Origin: Alphaproteobacteria bacterium
GTDB lineage: Bacteria > Pseudomonadota > Alphaproteobacteria > GCA-2731375
Assembly (NCBI GenBank): GCA_965232515.1
Contig: CBDDPY010000002.1
Coordinates: forward strand, 2,880,001 to 2,944,000
Length of the DNA stretch: 64,000 bases
Reading direction: 5' to 3'
Part shown: piece after piece, positions 26,753-36,596 of the stretch
How positions within the stretch are numbered: the first letter of the stretch is position 1
How the letters are laid out: each line of letters begins with the position of its first letter
The notes under the pieces: model-generated
What the model saw: the letters and a program-made list of their open reading frames with translations, nothing else
What the model was told of the DNA's origin: nothing
Database searches by the model: none
Translations under genes and position numbers: made by a program

Positions 26753-27304
26753 CTAGCCCAGCGGCCGGTCCTCAAACGCGCGACTTCCGTCGATCGGCGT
26801 GAAGGTGCGGACCTGCACGCCCACCGGCACGGTCCGCCGGACGCCGCCGATCCAGGAATGCACGGTCGCGCCGAGGATCATGTCCACGTTCGTGCCGTCG
26901 GACGACAACGGCAGCAGCACTCGCTCGCCCTGCGCCGGCTTCTTGGCCTCGGCGTAGAGTCGGCCGCTGATATGCGCGACGCAGGGCAACTCGACCACCT
27001 TGCGGAAATAGTAGAACACCCGCTGTTGCGCATCAGGCGCCACCATCTCGTCGAGATAGCGACCGGTGATATTGCTGTCATAGGCGTCACGGACATGATC
27101 GCCCATCAGCCGGTAGCGGAACCGCTGGCCCTCGGACAGATAGTCGCAAAGCCAGACGAACGGCAGCAGGCGTGGAATCTCAGCGGGATCGATGTCTCGG
27201 CGCGCGGGCATGTCCCGGTCACGCGCCGCCGCCATCCAGTATTCGATGAGTTCGCGCAACAATGGCTGCCCAACATGATCGAAGCTGCCCATCGTCAGCC
27301 GCAT
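26753..27304 (-). CDS. PAS-like domain protein (PAS_5 type); start uncertain
   Basis: YW..MPARRDIDP.EIPRLLP, FRYRLMG, ERVLLPL. Confidence 0.75.
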   Translation of the reverse strand: MRLTMGSFDHVGQPLLRELIEYWMAAARDRDMPARRDIDPAEIPRLLPFVWLCDYLSEGQRFRYRLMGDHVRDAYDSNITGRYLDEMVAPDAQQRVFYYFRKVVELPCVAHISGRLYAEAKKPAQGERVLLPLSSDGTNVDMILGATVHSWIGGVRRTVPVGVQVRTFTPIDGSRAFEDRPLG

Positions 27305-27613
27305 CAGTTGAGCTCTTGACGACTGTCGTCGCATGGCTCTTTCGGCGCGCGCGCATCGACCGCCAGGTGCGTTTGGATGCAGGCACCACAAAGGGCCAGT
27401 CCAACAAGACCGGCCCCAACCCCCTTACGCGGCATGGACCCCCTCCCGCGAAGCACTGAACACACAACAATTGCGGCGGTGAATCGCCGCCGCATTCAGT
27501 CTGGCGCGGTCGAAGGTGGGCGACAAGCATCTATTTGCCCAAGGCCGGCGCGGCTTCGAGGTATTCTCAACCAGTGGAAAGGAAACGAACGTGAGCACAA
27601 GACGGTGACCAGG

Positions 27614-28525
27614 ATGCAGGATCGTTTCGTTCCCGAACCGGGCCAGGTCTTCCTCGACCACGTCGGCCTGTTCGTCGCCGAGTTGGACGCGGTGCCGGCC
27701 GCGTTATCGCGCCTGGGCTTCACCCTGACGCCGCGCGCCGTGCATATGAACCGGGATGCCGCCGGCAACGACACGCCAAGCGGCACCAGCAACCATTGCG
27801 CCATGTTCCGGGAAGGCTATCTGGAAATCCTGAGCGCCACCGCCGATACGCCGCTGGCGACGCAACTCAAGGCGCGACTGGCGCGCTATCCCGGCGCCCA
27901 TCTCATCGCTTTCGCCGCCGCCGACGCGGCCAGCCGGCACACATCGCTGACCCAAACGGACCTCGCGCCGCTGCCGCTGGTGAACCTGCAACGCCCGATC
28001 GATGTCGAGGGCGGCACGGCCACCGGCCGCTTCAGCGTCGTCCGCATGCCGCCCGACGACATGCCCGAGGGGCGCATTCAAATCGTCACGCATCACACGC
28101 CGGAACTGGTCTGGCAGCCGCGCTTCCTGACGCATGCCAACGGCGTCGAGGCGCTGACCGAGGTGCTGGTCTGCGTCGACGACCCGGCAGAGGCCGCCGA
28201 CCGCTTTGGCCGGCTGCTGGCGCGTCCGGCGCCGATATCCGAGGGCGAAGCCGAAATCGGCCTGAGCCGGGGCCGCATTCGGTTTCTGACGCCAGATCGA
28301 CTGGCCGAGATTGTGCCCGGCGTAATGCCGCCCTGCCTGCCGTTCATTGCCGCCGTCGGATTCCGCTGTCGCGATCTCGCGGCGACCGGCCGGTTCTTCG
28401 CGGATCGCGATATCGCCGTCACCGGACGGGATCGGATGCAGATCCAGTTGCCGGCATCGGAAGCCTTCGGCCTGACCATGCTGTTCCGGTCCGCCGACAT
28501 AGGGTCATTGACGCACCGACCCTAA
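27614..28525 (+). CDS. VOC/glyoxalase-like domain protein
   Basis: LDHVG, LGFTLTP, GTSNHC..GYLEIL, HHTPELVW..HANG. Confidence 0.8.
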   Translation: MQDRFVPEPGQVFLDHVGLFVAELDAVPAALSRLGFTLTPRAVHMNRDAAGNDTPSGTSNHCAMFREGYLEILSATADTPLATQLKARLARYPGAHLIAFAAADAASRHTSLTQTDLAPLPLVNLQRPIDVEGGTATGRFSVVRMPPDDMPEGRIQIVTHHTPELVWQPRFLTHANGVEALTEVLVCVDDPAEAADRFGRLLARPAPISEGEAEIGLSRGRIRFLTPDRLAEIVPGVMPPCLPFIAAVGFRCRDLAATGRFFADRDIAVTGRDRMQIQLPASEAFGLTMLFRSADIGSLTHRP

Positions 28526-28543
28526 CGTCCAAGACTTGACGGG

Positions 28544-29056
28544 ATGCGTCTCTGGGGCTCGATACTGGCGGGCGCCATCCTGACAGCGGCGGCGCCGGCC
28601 GACACCGACCGGCTGACCTGGCCGACGGATTACCGCGCCTCGGACCTGCACTATGCCACCATCGATCAACCGCTGCGCAAGATGATCCATCGGCTCTACG
28701 CCAACCCGACCGCCGTGGACGCGGTCCGGCGCGGCGGACCGTTTCCGACCGGCACCCGTTTGATCATGGAGGTGCATGCGGCGCGCCTCGACGACGCGGG
28801 CCGGCCGCTGACCGATCCGGACGGCGGCTTCCTGACCGCCGGTCCGATCGCCGTCTACGTCATGCAGAAAAGCGCCGGCCAGGGCGAGGCGCCCTCGCTG
28901 CGTCAGCGGCGCAGCGGCGAATGGACCTACGGCGAGTTCGATCCGGGCGGACGGCACGCCAGCGACGATGTCAGCGGCTGCGTCGAATGCCACCACCTCA
29001 GGCGCTACGAGGATTTCGTGTTCAGCCGGCAGCGTCTGGAGCAGCACTTGCGCTGA
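28544..29056 (+). CDS. Cytochrome P460-family (c'-beta-like) protein
   Basis: Signal peptide, LYANP, FPTGT, GEWTY, C-terminal CVECH, DFVFS. Confidence 0.82.
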   Translation: MRLWGSILAGAILTAAAPADTDRLTWPTDYRASDLHYATIDQPLRKMIHRLYANPTAVDAVRRGGPFPTGTRLIMEVHAARLDDAGRPLTDPDGGFLTAGPIAVYVMQKSAGQGEAPSLRQRRSGEWTYGEFDPGGRHASDDVSGCVECHHLRRYEDFVFSRQRLEQHLR

Positions 29057-30116
29057 CGCCGCCAGGATCCGTGGCAAGGAAGCTGTCCAGCTGAATCTGC
29101 GTCGCGGCCGCACCGAGCTCGGTCAGGCGCGCCGCGCAGGCGTCAACGAATTCCGGCGGTCCGGCGATGAAGCATTGCCGCTGGGCCGCGTCCCAGACCT
29201 CTCGGTCGAGCCAATCTGGCACGCGGCCGGCGAGCCAGCCGCTACCGGCGGGCGGTTCTTCGCGCGTCAGGGTGACGCGATAGTCGAAATTTGCGTGGCG
29301 ATGGCGCAGCGTCTCCAGTCGGTCGAGCGCGAACACTTCGGCCGCCGTGCGCACCGACAGGACCAGCAGCACCGGCAGGTCGACTCCGTCCGCAAGCGCG
29401 CGGGTCAAGTTGCTCAATACCGGCGACAGGCCGGTGCCGCCGGCAAGCCCCAGCAGCGGCCGCCCCTCGTCGCCGCGCCAGGTGCAGTCGCCGAACGGTC
29501 CGTGCAGATCGACATGATCGCCGACGGTCAGGTTGTCGTGGATCCAGCCGCTGGCCTTGCCCTGCGCGTGCCGCGTCACGAAGAACCGCAGCAGGCCGTC
29601 GGGCGCCCGGCCGTCGGCGTCGGGCGCGTCGGCCATGGAATAGGTACGGCTCGGCTGCACGCCCGGCACGGCGAGCTCCATGTGCATCCCGGCGCGGAAG
29701 CGCAAGTCGGCATCGGCGGGCAGGGCCACGGCGACCTCGCGCACCGACGGCGTCACGGCGTGGCTGGCGACCACACGGGCGCGGACGTCGACCGGCCGCA
29801 CCAGCACCTCGTCGGCGGCCACCGCCGTCATTTCGCCCAGCGAGCGGATGCGCAGCTCCGGCGTCAGCGGCTTCGACTGGCAGATCAGGCACTTGCCCTC
29901 GGCCCGTTCGGCGTCGTCGATGCCGAAATTCATCGCCCAGCCGGGGTCGACCTCACCGCTGACGACCTGCACCTTGCATTCGCCGCAGGCGCCGCCCCGG
30001 CAATTGTGCGGCAGGTGCAGGCCGGCGTTCAGACCGGCGTCCAGCACCAGCTCGTCGAAGCCGCACTCATAGCTCTCGCCGGTGTTTTCGACGAATACCG
30101 TGCAGTTATTGCTCAT
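29022..30116 (-). CDS. 2Fe-2S ferredoxin / FAD / NAD(P)H oxygenase reductase
   Basis: CRGGACGEC..C cluster motif, RTYSMA, GKAS, AGGTGLSP, GPP. Confidence 0.88.
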   Translation of the reverse strand: MSNNCTVFVENTGESYECGFDELVLDAGLNAGLHLPHNCRGGACGECKVQVVSGEVDPGWAMNFGIDDAERAEGKCLICQSKPLTPELRIRSLGEMTAVAADEVLVRPVDVRARVVASHAVTPSVREVAVALPADADLRFRAGMHMELAVPGVQPSRTYSMADAPDADGRAPDGLLRFFVTRHAQGKASGWIHDNLTVGDHVDLHGPFGDCTWRGDEGRPLLGLAGGTGLSPVLSNLTRALADGVDLPVLLVLSVRTAAEVFALDRLETLRHRHANFDYRVTLTREEPPAGSGWLAGRVPDWLDREVWDAAQRQCFIAGPPEFVDACAARLTELGAAATQIQLDSFLATDPGGVSASAAPDAAG

Positions 30117-30214
30117 CCACGCATCCCCGGGCCTTGTCTCGTGGCCGAAATGGCCGATGATGAGGGGCAAGTCAAGCAAGCGGGCAAGAAAGCTTGGCCA
30201 GAAGGAGGCGCCTC

Positions 30215-31009
30215 GTGACCGACACCGACCGCATCGAACGCATTGCCGGGAAGCTCTACAACGACCATCGGGCGAAGGCGCAGCTTGTCGCGCTGAGCGG
30301 CGATCTGCAGCCGCGCGACGTCGCCGAGGGCTATGCCGTGCAGGATGCCTTGCAGACGCTTTACGCCCGCGACGGCAAGTCGCTCGGCGGCTGGAAGGTC
30401 GCGCTGACGACGCCGGTCATGCAGGAGATGGTCGGCGTCAGCCATCCCTGCGAAGGCGGCATCTTCGCCGACCGCATCCACCATGGGCTCGGCGAGATCC
30501 GCGCCGCCGACTTCGTGCATATCGGCGTCGAGGCCGAGATCGCCGTGCGGCTGGACCGCGACCTGCCGGCCGGCCCCACGCCCTACGACCGGGACTCGGT
30601 GGCGGACGCGGTCGGCGCCTGCATGGCGGCGATCGAAATCGTCGACGACCGCGCCTGCGAATACGGCACGCTCGACGGCGCCACGCTGATCGCCGACAAC
30701 AGCTTCAACTTCGGCTGCGTCGTCGGACCAGAAGTCACTGCCTGGCGCGAGCTCGACCTCGCCACCGCGGCCGGGCGGATGACCATCAACGGCGAGACCG
30801 TGGGCGAGGGCCACGGCCGCGACGTCATGGGCCATCCGTTCGAGGCGCTGGCCTGGCTCGCCAACAGCCTGGCCGCGCGCGACAAGCCGCTGCAGGCCGG
30901 GCAGATCGTGCTCACCGGCTCGGTCGTGGCGACCAAATGGCTGTCCCCCGGCGACGAAATGGCCAGCATCATCGAGGGCCTGGGCGAAGCCCGGCTACGG
31001 GTCAGCTAG
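30215..31009 (+). CDS. 2-keto-4-pentenoate hydratase-like (FAH superfamily)
   Basis: GWKVALT, VEAEIA, IEIVDDR, IADN, WLANSL, VLTGS; GTG start with AGGAGG. Confidence 0.85.
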   Translation: MTDTDRIERIAGKLYNDHRAKAQLVALSGDLQPRDVAEGYAVQDALQTLYARDGKSLGGWKVALTTPVMQEMVGVSHPCEGGIFADRIHHGLGEIRAADFVHIGVEAEIAVRLDRDLPAGPTPYDRDSVADAVGACMAAIEIVDDRACEYGTLDGATLIADNSFNFGCVVGPEVTAWRELDLATAAGRMTINGETVGEGHGRDVMGHPFEALAWLANSLAARDKPLQAGQIVLTGSVVATKWLSPGDEMASIIEGLGEARLRVS

Positions 31010-31520
31010 CGCGCCGCCCCAGCGAACCGAACAGCAACGCCGTGATCACGGCCGCGGTCATCAGAATGCCCATGATCGCGAGCCGCACCGGCAGGTCGCC
31101 GCCCGCGCCCTGCATCGCGCCCGTCGTCAGCGTCAGCGCGGCAACCCCGACGGCCAGCAGCGCGAAGAACAGCGCGACCCGGTCGCCATGCCTGATCAGA
31201 ACGGCGATCGGCGACGCCAACAGCGCGCCCAGCACCAGATGCGAGGGCCAGGCGATGCCGGCGAACGGCAGGTAAGTCAGAACCGCCAGCCCAGCCAGCG
31301 ACGCCAATATCAGCCCCCGAATTCGCTGCAACGACGATCCGACGACAACCGTCCCGATCGCCGCGGCGGCGACGAAGGGCAGCACGTCGATCGCCGTCAA
31401 TGCGGCGATCGGCCAGACCGGCTCGGCCGCCGCCTCCAGTGACAGCAATCCGGCCAGCAACAACGTCCAGACGGTGCCGGCGAGGCCGATCCGGTGCAGC
31501 GCGGTCAGTGTCTGGGCCAT
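31002..31520 (-). CDS. Hypothetical membrane protein
   Basis: Highly hydrophobic, several predicted TM segments; co-oriented downstream of pcaD. Confidence 0.55.
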   Translation of the reverse strand: MAQTLTALHRIGLAGTVWTLLLAGLLSLEAAAEPVWPIAALTAIDVLPFVAAAAIGTVVVGSSLQRIRGLILASLAGLAVLTYLPFAGIAWPSHLVLGALLASPIAVLIRHGDRVALFFALLAVGVAALTLTTGAMQGAGGDLPVRLAIMGILMTAAVITALLFGSLGRRAS

Positions 31521-31536
31521 CTCCGATACGGCAGAT

Positions 31537-32325
31537 TCAATGCGCCTTCAGGAAGCCCATCAGGGTCTCTGTGTAGATCGCGGCCTGCTCGACATTGGCG
31601 ATGTGGCGAGCGTCGCCGATCACCGCGAGCTGCGCGTCGGCAATGCCGTTCTTGATGGTTTCCGCCGCCTCGACCGTCGTGGAGGGGTCGTCCTCGCCGG
31701 CGATCACCAAGGTCGGCGTCTTGATCTCGCCCAGACGGTCCGTGTAGTCGAGTGTCGAAATCGCCTGGCAGCAGCCGACATAGCCGGCGACCGGCGTGCT
31801 CAGGATCTCCGAGCGGATCCGCTCGACGCCGTCGCCGTTCTCGGCGAAGTACGACGGCGTGAACCAGCGCTCCAGCGTCGGCTCCGCCAGCGCCGCCATG
31901 CCGTCGGTCCGCGCCATGGCGATGCGCTCATCCCACATCGGCTTGGCCTCGCCCGGCACCCGGCTGGTGGTGTTGCTCAACGTCAGCGACGCCAAGCGGT
32001 CCGGCGCGCGCAGGCCCAGATTCTGGCCGATCATGCCGCCCATCGACAGCCCGACCCAGTGCACCCGGTCGATCTCCAGTGCATCCAGCACGCCGAGCGC
32101 GTCGTCGGCCAGCATATCGAGGCTGTAGGGGCCGTCCGGCGCCTCGGTGCCGCCGTGGCCGCGCGTATCCATGTTCAGCACACGGTATTTGGTGGTCAGG
32201 CTCGGGAGCTGCGGCTTCCACATCCGCCGGCTCGAGGCCAGCGAGTGGCTCAACGCCACCACCGGCGCGCCGCCGGGACCCGCCAACTCGCAATTCACCT
32301 TGATTCCGTTCGCCGCTATCTGCAT
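31537..32325 (-). CDS. pcaD: 3-oxoadipate enol-lactonase
   Basis: LSHSL, DTRGHG, GLSMGG nucleophile, ERWFT, HIANVEQ. Confidence 0.85.
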   Translation of the reverse strand: MQIAANGIKVNCELAGPGGAPVVALSHSLASSRRMWKPQLPSLTTKYRVLNMDTRGHGGTEAPDGPYSLDMLADDALGVLDALEIDRVHWVGLSMGGMIGQNLGLRAPDRLASLTLSNTTSRVPGEAKPMWDERIAMARTDGMAALAEPTLERWFTPSYFAENGDGVERIRSEILSTPVAGYVGCCQAISTLDYTDRLGEIKTPTLVIAGEDDPSTTVEAAETIKNGIADAQLAVIGDARHIANVEQAAIYTETLMGFLKAH

Positions 32326-32338
32326 GCCTTACTCCTCC

Positions 32339-32653
32339 TCAGGCCGGCGCGATGCCATGGGCCTTGATCTCGACCTCGACGAAAACGAGTTCCTTCTCGC
32401 CGCCGTTATAGACGTCGTGCTCGACGCCGGCCTGGCGGTAATACGGCACGCCGGCCGTCAGCTGCGCCTGTTGCCAGCCGTCTGATGTATCGATCTTCAG
32501 CAGGCCGTCCGTTTGCGGCACCACGACGTAATCGAATTCGTGCACATGCCAACCGGTATGGGCGCCGGGCGCGAAGCGCCATTCGACCACCCGCACCCGT
32601 TCGTTCTCGACCTGGATCGTCGGCACGGCATCGGCCGGCGCGTCCTGCTGCAT
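32339..32653 (-). CDS. Cupin domain protein
   Basis: ENERVRVVEWRFAPG, GWHVHEFDYVVVP, GVEHDV. Confidence 0.85.
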   Translation of the reverse strand: MQQDAPADAVPTIQVENERVRVVEWRFAPGAHTGWHVHEFDYVVVPQTDGLLKIDTSDGWQQAQLTAGVPYYRQAGVEHDVYNGGEKELVFVEVEIKAHGIAPA

Positions 32654-32765
32654 GTCGAACCTCCCTCGTTCCGCTGCAAGTAAACACCAATTCGCCGGCC
32701 GGGACACGTCTTGCCGCTGACCTTAGCCTCGGGCATGCTGCCCGGCCGGTCTGCGAGGAACTGAA

Positions 32766-34406
32766 ATGGACGGTGGCGAGGCGCTGGTGCGCACGATGAT
32801 CGCGCACGGCATCGAGGTCGGCTTCACGGTGCCCGGCGAGAGCTTTCTGACCGTGCTGGAAGCGCTCAGGCGGCAACGCAACCGCTTTCGGCTGGTTTCC
32901 GTGCGCCAGGAAGGCGGCGGCGCGTTCGCCGCGGAAGCCTACGGCAAGCTGACGGGCAAGCCCGCGGCCGTGCTGGTCAGCCGCGGTCCGGGCGCGTCGA
33001 ACGCCGCCGTCGGCCTGCACACGGCGCGGCAGGATTCGACGCCGCTGCTGCTGGTCATCGGCCATGTGCGCCGGCGCTCGCGCGGCCGCGAGGCATTCCA
33101 GGAAGTCGATCACCACGCCATGTTCGCCTCGCTCGCCAAGGCCGTGATCGAGCCGGCGGCGGCCGACGAAATTCCGGAGGCGGCGGCGCGCGCCATCGCC
33201 AAGACCACCGAGGGCCGCCCCGGCCCGGTGGTGCTGGTCCTGCCGCGCGACCTGACCGAAGCCGAGATTGGCAAGCCTGAATTGCCCGAGGCCGCGGCGC
33301 GCGCGACGCTGACACCCGAACCGGATTTGCTGGCGGACGCCGCTGTACTGCTACGGGACGCCCGGCGGCCGCTGATCATCGCCGGCGAGCAGATTCCCTT
33401 CGAAGGGGCTCACGGCGCGCTCACCGACTTCGCATCGGCACTCGGCGCACCGGTGATGGCGGCCTATCGCCGCCAGGACGTGATGGACAACGAGCATCCG
33501 GCCTATGCCGGCCATCTGGAGATCAACCGCGTCGACTTCCAGCGCGGGGCCTTTGCCGACTGCGACCTGCTGATCGCGGCGGGCAGCCGGCTGGACGGCA
33601 TCACTGCCGAGGACGACAATCTGCTGCGCGACGGCCTGCCGCTCTTGCACATCCACCCCGACGCCGAGGTGCTGATGCGCTTCGGCGCCGACCTAGCGAT
33701 CCGCGCCGATACCGGCCCGACATTGACGGCGCTGACGCCCCGCCTGTCGGCGCCACCGACGGAACGCCTCGATTGGCGGGACGGGTTGCATCAGGCGTTT
33801 CTGAACCTGTCGACGCCCGGCGCCGTCCCGATTGCCGGCGAGGTGGATCTCGCCCAGATCGCGCATGTCGTCGATATGGCCACACCGGCCGACCGCGTCA
33901 TCCTGACCGACGCCGGCAGCTTTTCGCGCTGGATCCATCGCTATACCCGCAGCCGCGGACCGAGCAGCACGGCCGGACCGATGTCGGGCGCCATGGGCTA
34001 TGCCGTGCCCGGCGCCATCGGCGCGCATCTGGCCCGGCCCGAGGCGGCGATCATCGCCTATGTCGGCGACGGCGGCTTCATGATGACGGGCCAGGAGCTG
34101 ATGACCGCGATCGAACAAGACCTGCCGATCAAGCTCATCGTCTGCGACAACGCGGCCCAGGGTTCGATCCTGGCAGGACAGGTCAGCAAATACGGCGAGG
34201 CGTCAGACTATGCCACCCGGCTGCAAAGCCCCGACTTCGCCGCCGTCGCCGCGGCCTACGGCGCGCCGTCCTGGTCCGTGACCCGTACCGACGAATTCGC
34301 CGACGCCTTCGCGGCCGCGCTCGCCCATCCCGGCCCGGCGCTCATCCACGTCGTGACAGACACGCGCGACATCGCGCCCTACGGGCCCGGCAAGGACGCG
34401 GTGTAG
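32766..34406 (+). CDS. Thiamine pyrophosphate-dependent enzyme (acetolactate synthase-like)
   Basis: VPGESF, RQEGG, SRGPGA.N, AFQE, GDGGFMM..N. Confidence 0.9.
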   Translation: MDGGEALVRTMIAHGIEVGFTVPGESFLTVLEALRRQRNRFRLVSVRQEGGGAFAAEAYGKLTGKPAAVLVSRGPGASNAAVGLHTARQDSTPLLLVIGHVRRRSRGREAFQEVDHHAMFASLAKAVIEPAAADEIPEAAARAIAKTTEGRPGPVVLVLPRDLTEAEIGKPELPEAAARATLTPEPDLLADAAVLLRDARRPLIIAGEQIPFEGAHGALTDFASALGAPVMAAYRRQDVMDNEHPAYAGHLEINRVDFQRGAFADCDLLIAAGSRLDGITAEDDNLLRDGLPLLHIHPDAEVLMRFGADLAIRADTGPTLTALTPRLSAPPTERLDWRDGLHQAFLNLSTPGAVPIAGEVDLAQIAHVVDMATPADRVILTDAGSFSRWIHRYTRSRGPSSTAGPMSGAMGYAVPGAIGAHLARPEAAIIAYVGDGGFMMTGQELMTAIEQDLPIKLIVCDNAAQGSILAGQVSKYGEASDYATRLQSPDFAAVAAAYGAPSWSVTRTDEFADAFAAALAHPGPALIHVVTDTRDIAPYGPGKDAV

Positions 34407-34414
34407 TAAATAAG

Positions 34415-35017
34415 CTAGTTCGCGGCCGGCGCGTCGAAGTTCACGGTGACCTCGGGCATGGCCTCGTTCAGGCGGGCGACCACCGACTCCGTGACATTCA
34501 GCTTGTCGTTGAAGACCAGCACCGCCGAGCGCGGCAGCGTCAGCGTTGCGCCCTTTTCCTGCATCACCTCGGCCACCGCGCGCGCCATGGCCTCGCGGAC
34601 TTGGCGCATGCCGGAATTGAACGCCGTGTTCAGCAGGTTGCGGCGCTGCTCGGCGTCCCGGCGCAGGTCGGCGTAGTCGCGCTCCAGCTTGCGCCGGCGC
34701 TGATCCATGGCCTCGCCCGAGAGGATCGCCTGTTGCCGGCGCAACTCGTCTTCCTCGACCTTCAGCGCCTGCTTGCGCTGCTCGAGCTGCTGCTCGTAGT
34801 TGGTGCGCTGCGTCTCCACTTGTCCGATCACGCTCTTGGCGGCGGCCGAGTCGCGCAAGACCCGCTGCACGTCCACGATCATCACCACGAGCGCGCCGTC
34901 TTGGGCGCGCGCCGGCGCCGACGACAGCATCGCAATGGCGAGAAGAACAAGTGCCGCGGCCCCGGCGATGGACGCGCGAGTCCAGACCGGGCCTGAGGTC
35001 GGATTTTTGGCCGTCAT
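34415..35017 (-). CDS. OmpH/Skp family periplasmic chaperone
   Basis: Signal peptide, IVDVQRVL.DS, coiled coil, C-terminal beta segment. Confidence 0.8.
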   Translation of the reverse strand: MTAKNPTSGPVWTRASIAGAAALVLLAIAMLSSAPARAQDGALVVMIVDVQRVLRDSAAAKSVIGQVETQRTNYEQQLEQRKQALKVEEDELRRQQAILSGEAMDQRRRKLERDYADLRRDAEQRRNLLNTAFNSGMRQVREAMARAVAEVMQEKGATLTLPRSAVLVFNDKLNVTESVVARLNEAMPEVTVNFDAPAAN

Positions 35018-35116
35018 GATTCGCGCAACCTAACAGAGACACGGGGCCAAGCCAAACGAAGCCGCCGGCCGGAAACGCCCGCGCCGGGAAATGTGATCGG
35101 CCGCGCGAATACGCCG

Positions 35117-35713
35117 TCAGGCCGCCAGCTTGTCGGCCACGAAGTCGAGCCTGTCCTGGCCCCAGAACAGCTCGCCGTCGATCACGTAGGTCGGCGCGCC
35201 GAAGACACCGGCCGCCAAAGCGTCATCGATGTTGCGCCGGAATTCGGCCTGCGCCGCATCGCCTTCGGCGGCGGCGAGCAGCGTCGCGCCATCGAAACCT
35301 GCCTCGCCGACGGCCGCGAGGAGGTGATCCGGATCGGCAAGGTTACGGTCCTGCTCCCAGCAGGCCCGCAGCAGCGCCCAGGCGACGGCCAGCGGATCGA
35401 GGCCGGCCTGGCCGGCGGCGACGATCATGCGATTGGCGGTGCCGTCGTCGACGGGGTGGAACGGCGGCTTGACGTTGATCGGCAGGCCGAGCCGGGCTTT
35501 CCAGCGCTGCAGCTCCATCATCCGGTAGGCTTGGCGCGCCGGCGCGCGCTTGGGCAGCGGCAGACCGCCGGTCTGTGAAAAGATCTCGCCGAAATGCGCC
35601 GGCTTGCAGCGGATCTCGGCACCCGCCTTGGCGACAATATCGGTCAGCCGCGGATGCCCCAGATAGGTCCAAGGCGACGCGGCCGTGAGATAATAGTCGA
35701 TCACTTTGCTCAT
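35117..35713 (-). CDS. 2-hydroxychromene-2-carboxylate isomerase (GST-kappa/DsbA family)
   Basis: SPWTYLG, GVFGAPT, ELFWGQDRL. Confidence 0.88.
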   Translation of the reverse strand: MSKVIDYYLTAASPWTYLGHPRLTDIVAKAGAEIRCKPAHFGEIFSQTGGLPLPKRAPARQAYRMMELQRWKARLGLPINVKPPFHPVDDGTANRMIVAAGQAGLDPLAVAWALLRACWEQDRNLADPDHLLAAVGEAGFDGATLLAAAEGDAAQAEFRRNIDDALAAGVFGAPTYVIDGELFWGQDRLDFVADKLAA

Positions 35714-35717
35714 GGGG

Positions 35718-36563
35718 CTACTCCGGTAACGCGGTGGGCCAGACGACGTTCTTGGTCAGTTCGGGCCAGCCGATGGCGTCGCCGGCCCGTTTCGCCGCCT
35801 CTTCCGCCGGCAGCTGAGTGTCCCAGTTGGCGGCGATGTAGCGCCGGCCGGTGACGGCGTCGGCGGCCGGCGAGGCCAGCCACAGCATCGGCGGCGCCAT
35901 GGCTTCGGGCCGGATCAGGTCGGCCCTGTCGAAGCCCGATTCCAGCGGCACCATCGGCGTGTCGGCCGGCCCGCCGGGCACGACGATATTGACGGTGATG
36001 CCGCTGTCCTTGAACTCGCGGGCCAAGCCGGACAGCAGCGCCTCCAGCCCCGCCTTCGAGGCGCTGTAGGGCGAGAAGCCGTCGCGCAGCATGGTGAAGA
36101 AGCTGGTGGTGATGGCGATGATCCGCCCCCGCCGCTGCGCCTTCATGTGCGGGGCGACAGCCTTGATCAGCAGGAACGGGCCGGTCAGGTTGACATCGAT
36201 GAACTGACGCCAGGCGTCGGCGTCGATCTCGTCGATGCCGATCAGATCGTCCATATGGTCGGGCCGGATTACGCCCATCCCAAGGCCGGCGCTGTTGATC
36301 AGCACGTCGATGCGACCGAACCGCTCAACAGTGCGCTCCACCGTATCCGCGATATAGGCCGGGTCGGCGATGTCGCCCGGCAGCGCCAGCACGTTGTCGG
36401 CGCCGGCGACGGCGCAGGCGTCGTCGTCCAGCTCCGCCAGCCCCTCGACGTTGGCGTCCATGATCGCCACCCGCGCGCCGGCATTAACAAAGGCCTGCGT
36501 CACCGCCCGGCCCAGCCCGCCGGCGGCGCCCGTGACCATCACCACGCTGCCCTCAACCGTCAT
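35718..36563 (-). CDS. Short-chain dehydrogenase/reductase
   Basis: TGAAGGLG, INSAG, YSASK, PGGPADT. Confidence 0.88.
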   Translation of the reverse strand: MTVEGSVVMVTGAAGGLGRAVTQAFVNAGARVAIMDANVEGLAELDDDACAVAGADNVLALPGDIADPAYIADTVERTVERFGRIDVLINSAGLGMGVIRPDHMDDLIGIDEIDADAWRQFIDVNLTGPFLLIKAVAPHMKAQRRGRIIAITTSFFTMLRDGFSPYSASKAGLEALLSGLAREFKDSGITVNIVVPGGPADTPMVPLESGFDRADLIRPEAMAPPMLWLASPAADAVTGRRYIAANWDTQLPAEEAAKRAGDAIGWPELTKNVVWPTALPE

Positions 36564-36596
36564 ATTCCGGCCTCCTGTGTTCCTTGCATACGCAGT

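Noticed and set aside
27455-27500. Extended hairpin ACTGAA...GCGGCGGTGAATCGCCGCCGC...TTCAGT in a divergent intergenic region
   Set aside because: No U-tail, promoter or recognisable riboswitch motif; insufficient evidence for an RNA element
34415-35017. Skp/OmpH outside the bamA-lpxD cluster
   Set aside because: Extra OmpH paralogs are common in alphaproteobacteria; no further signal
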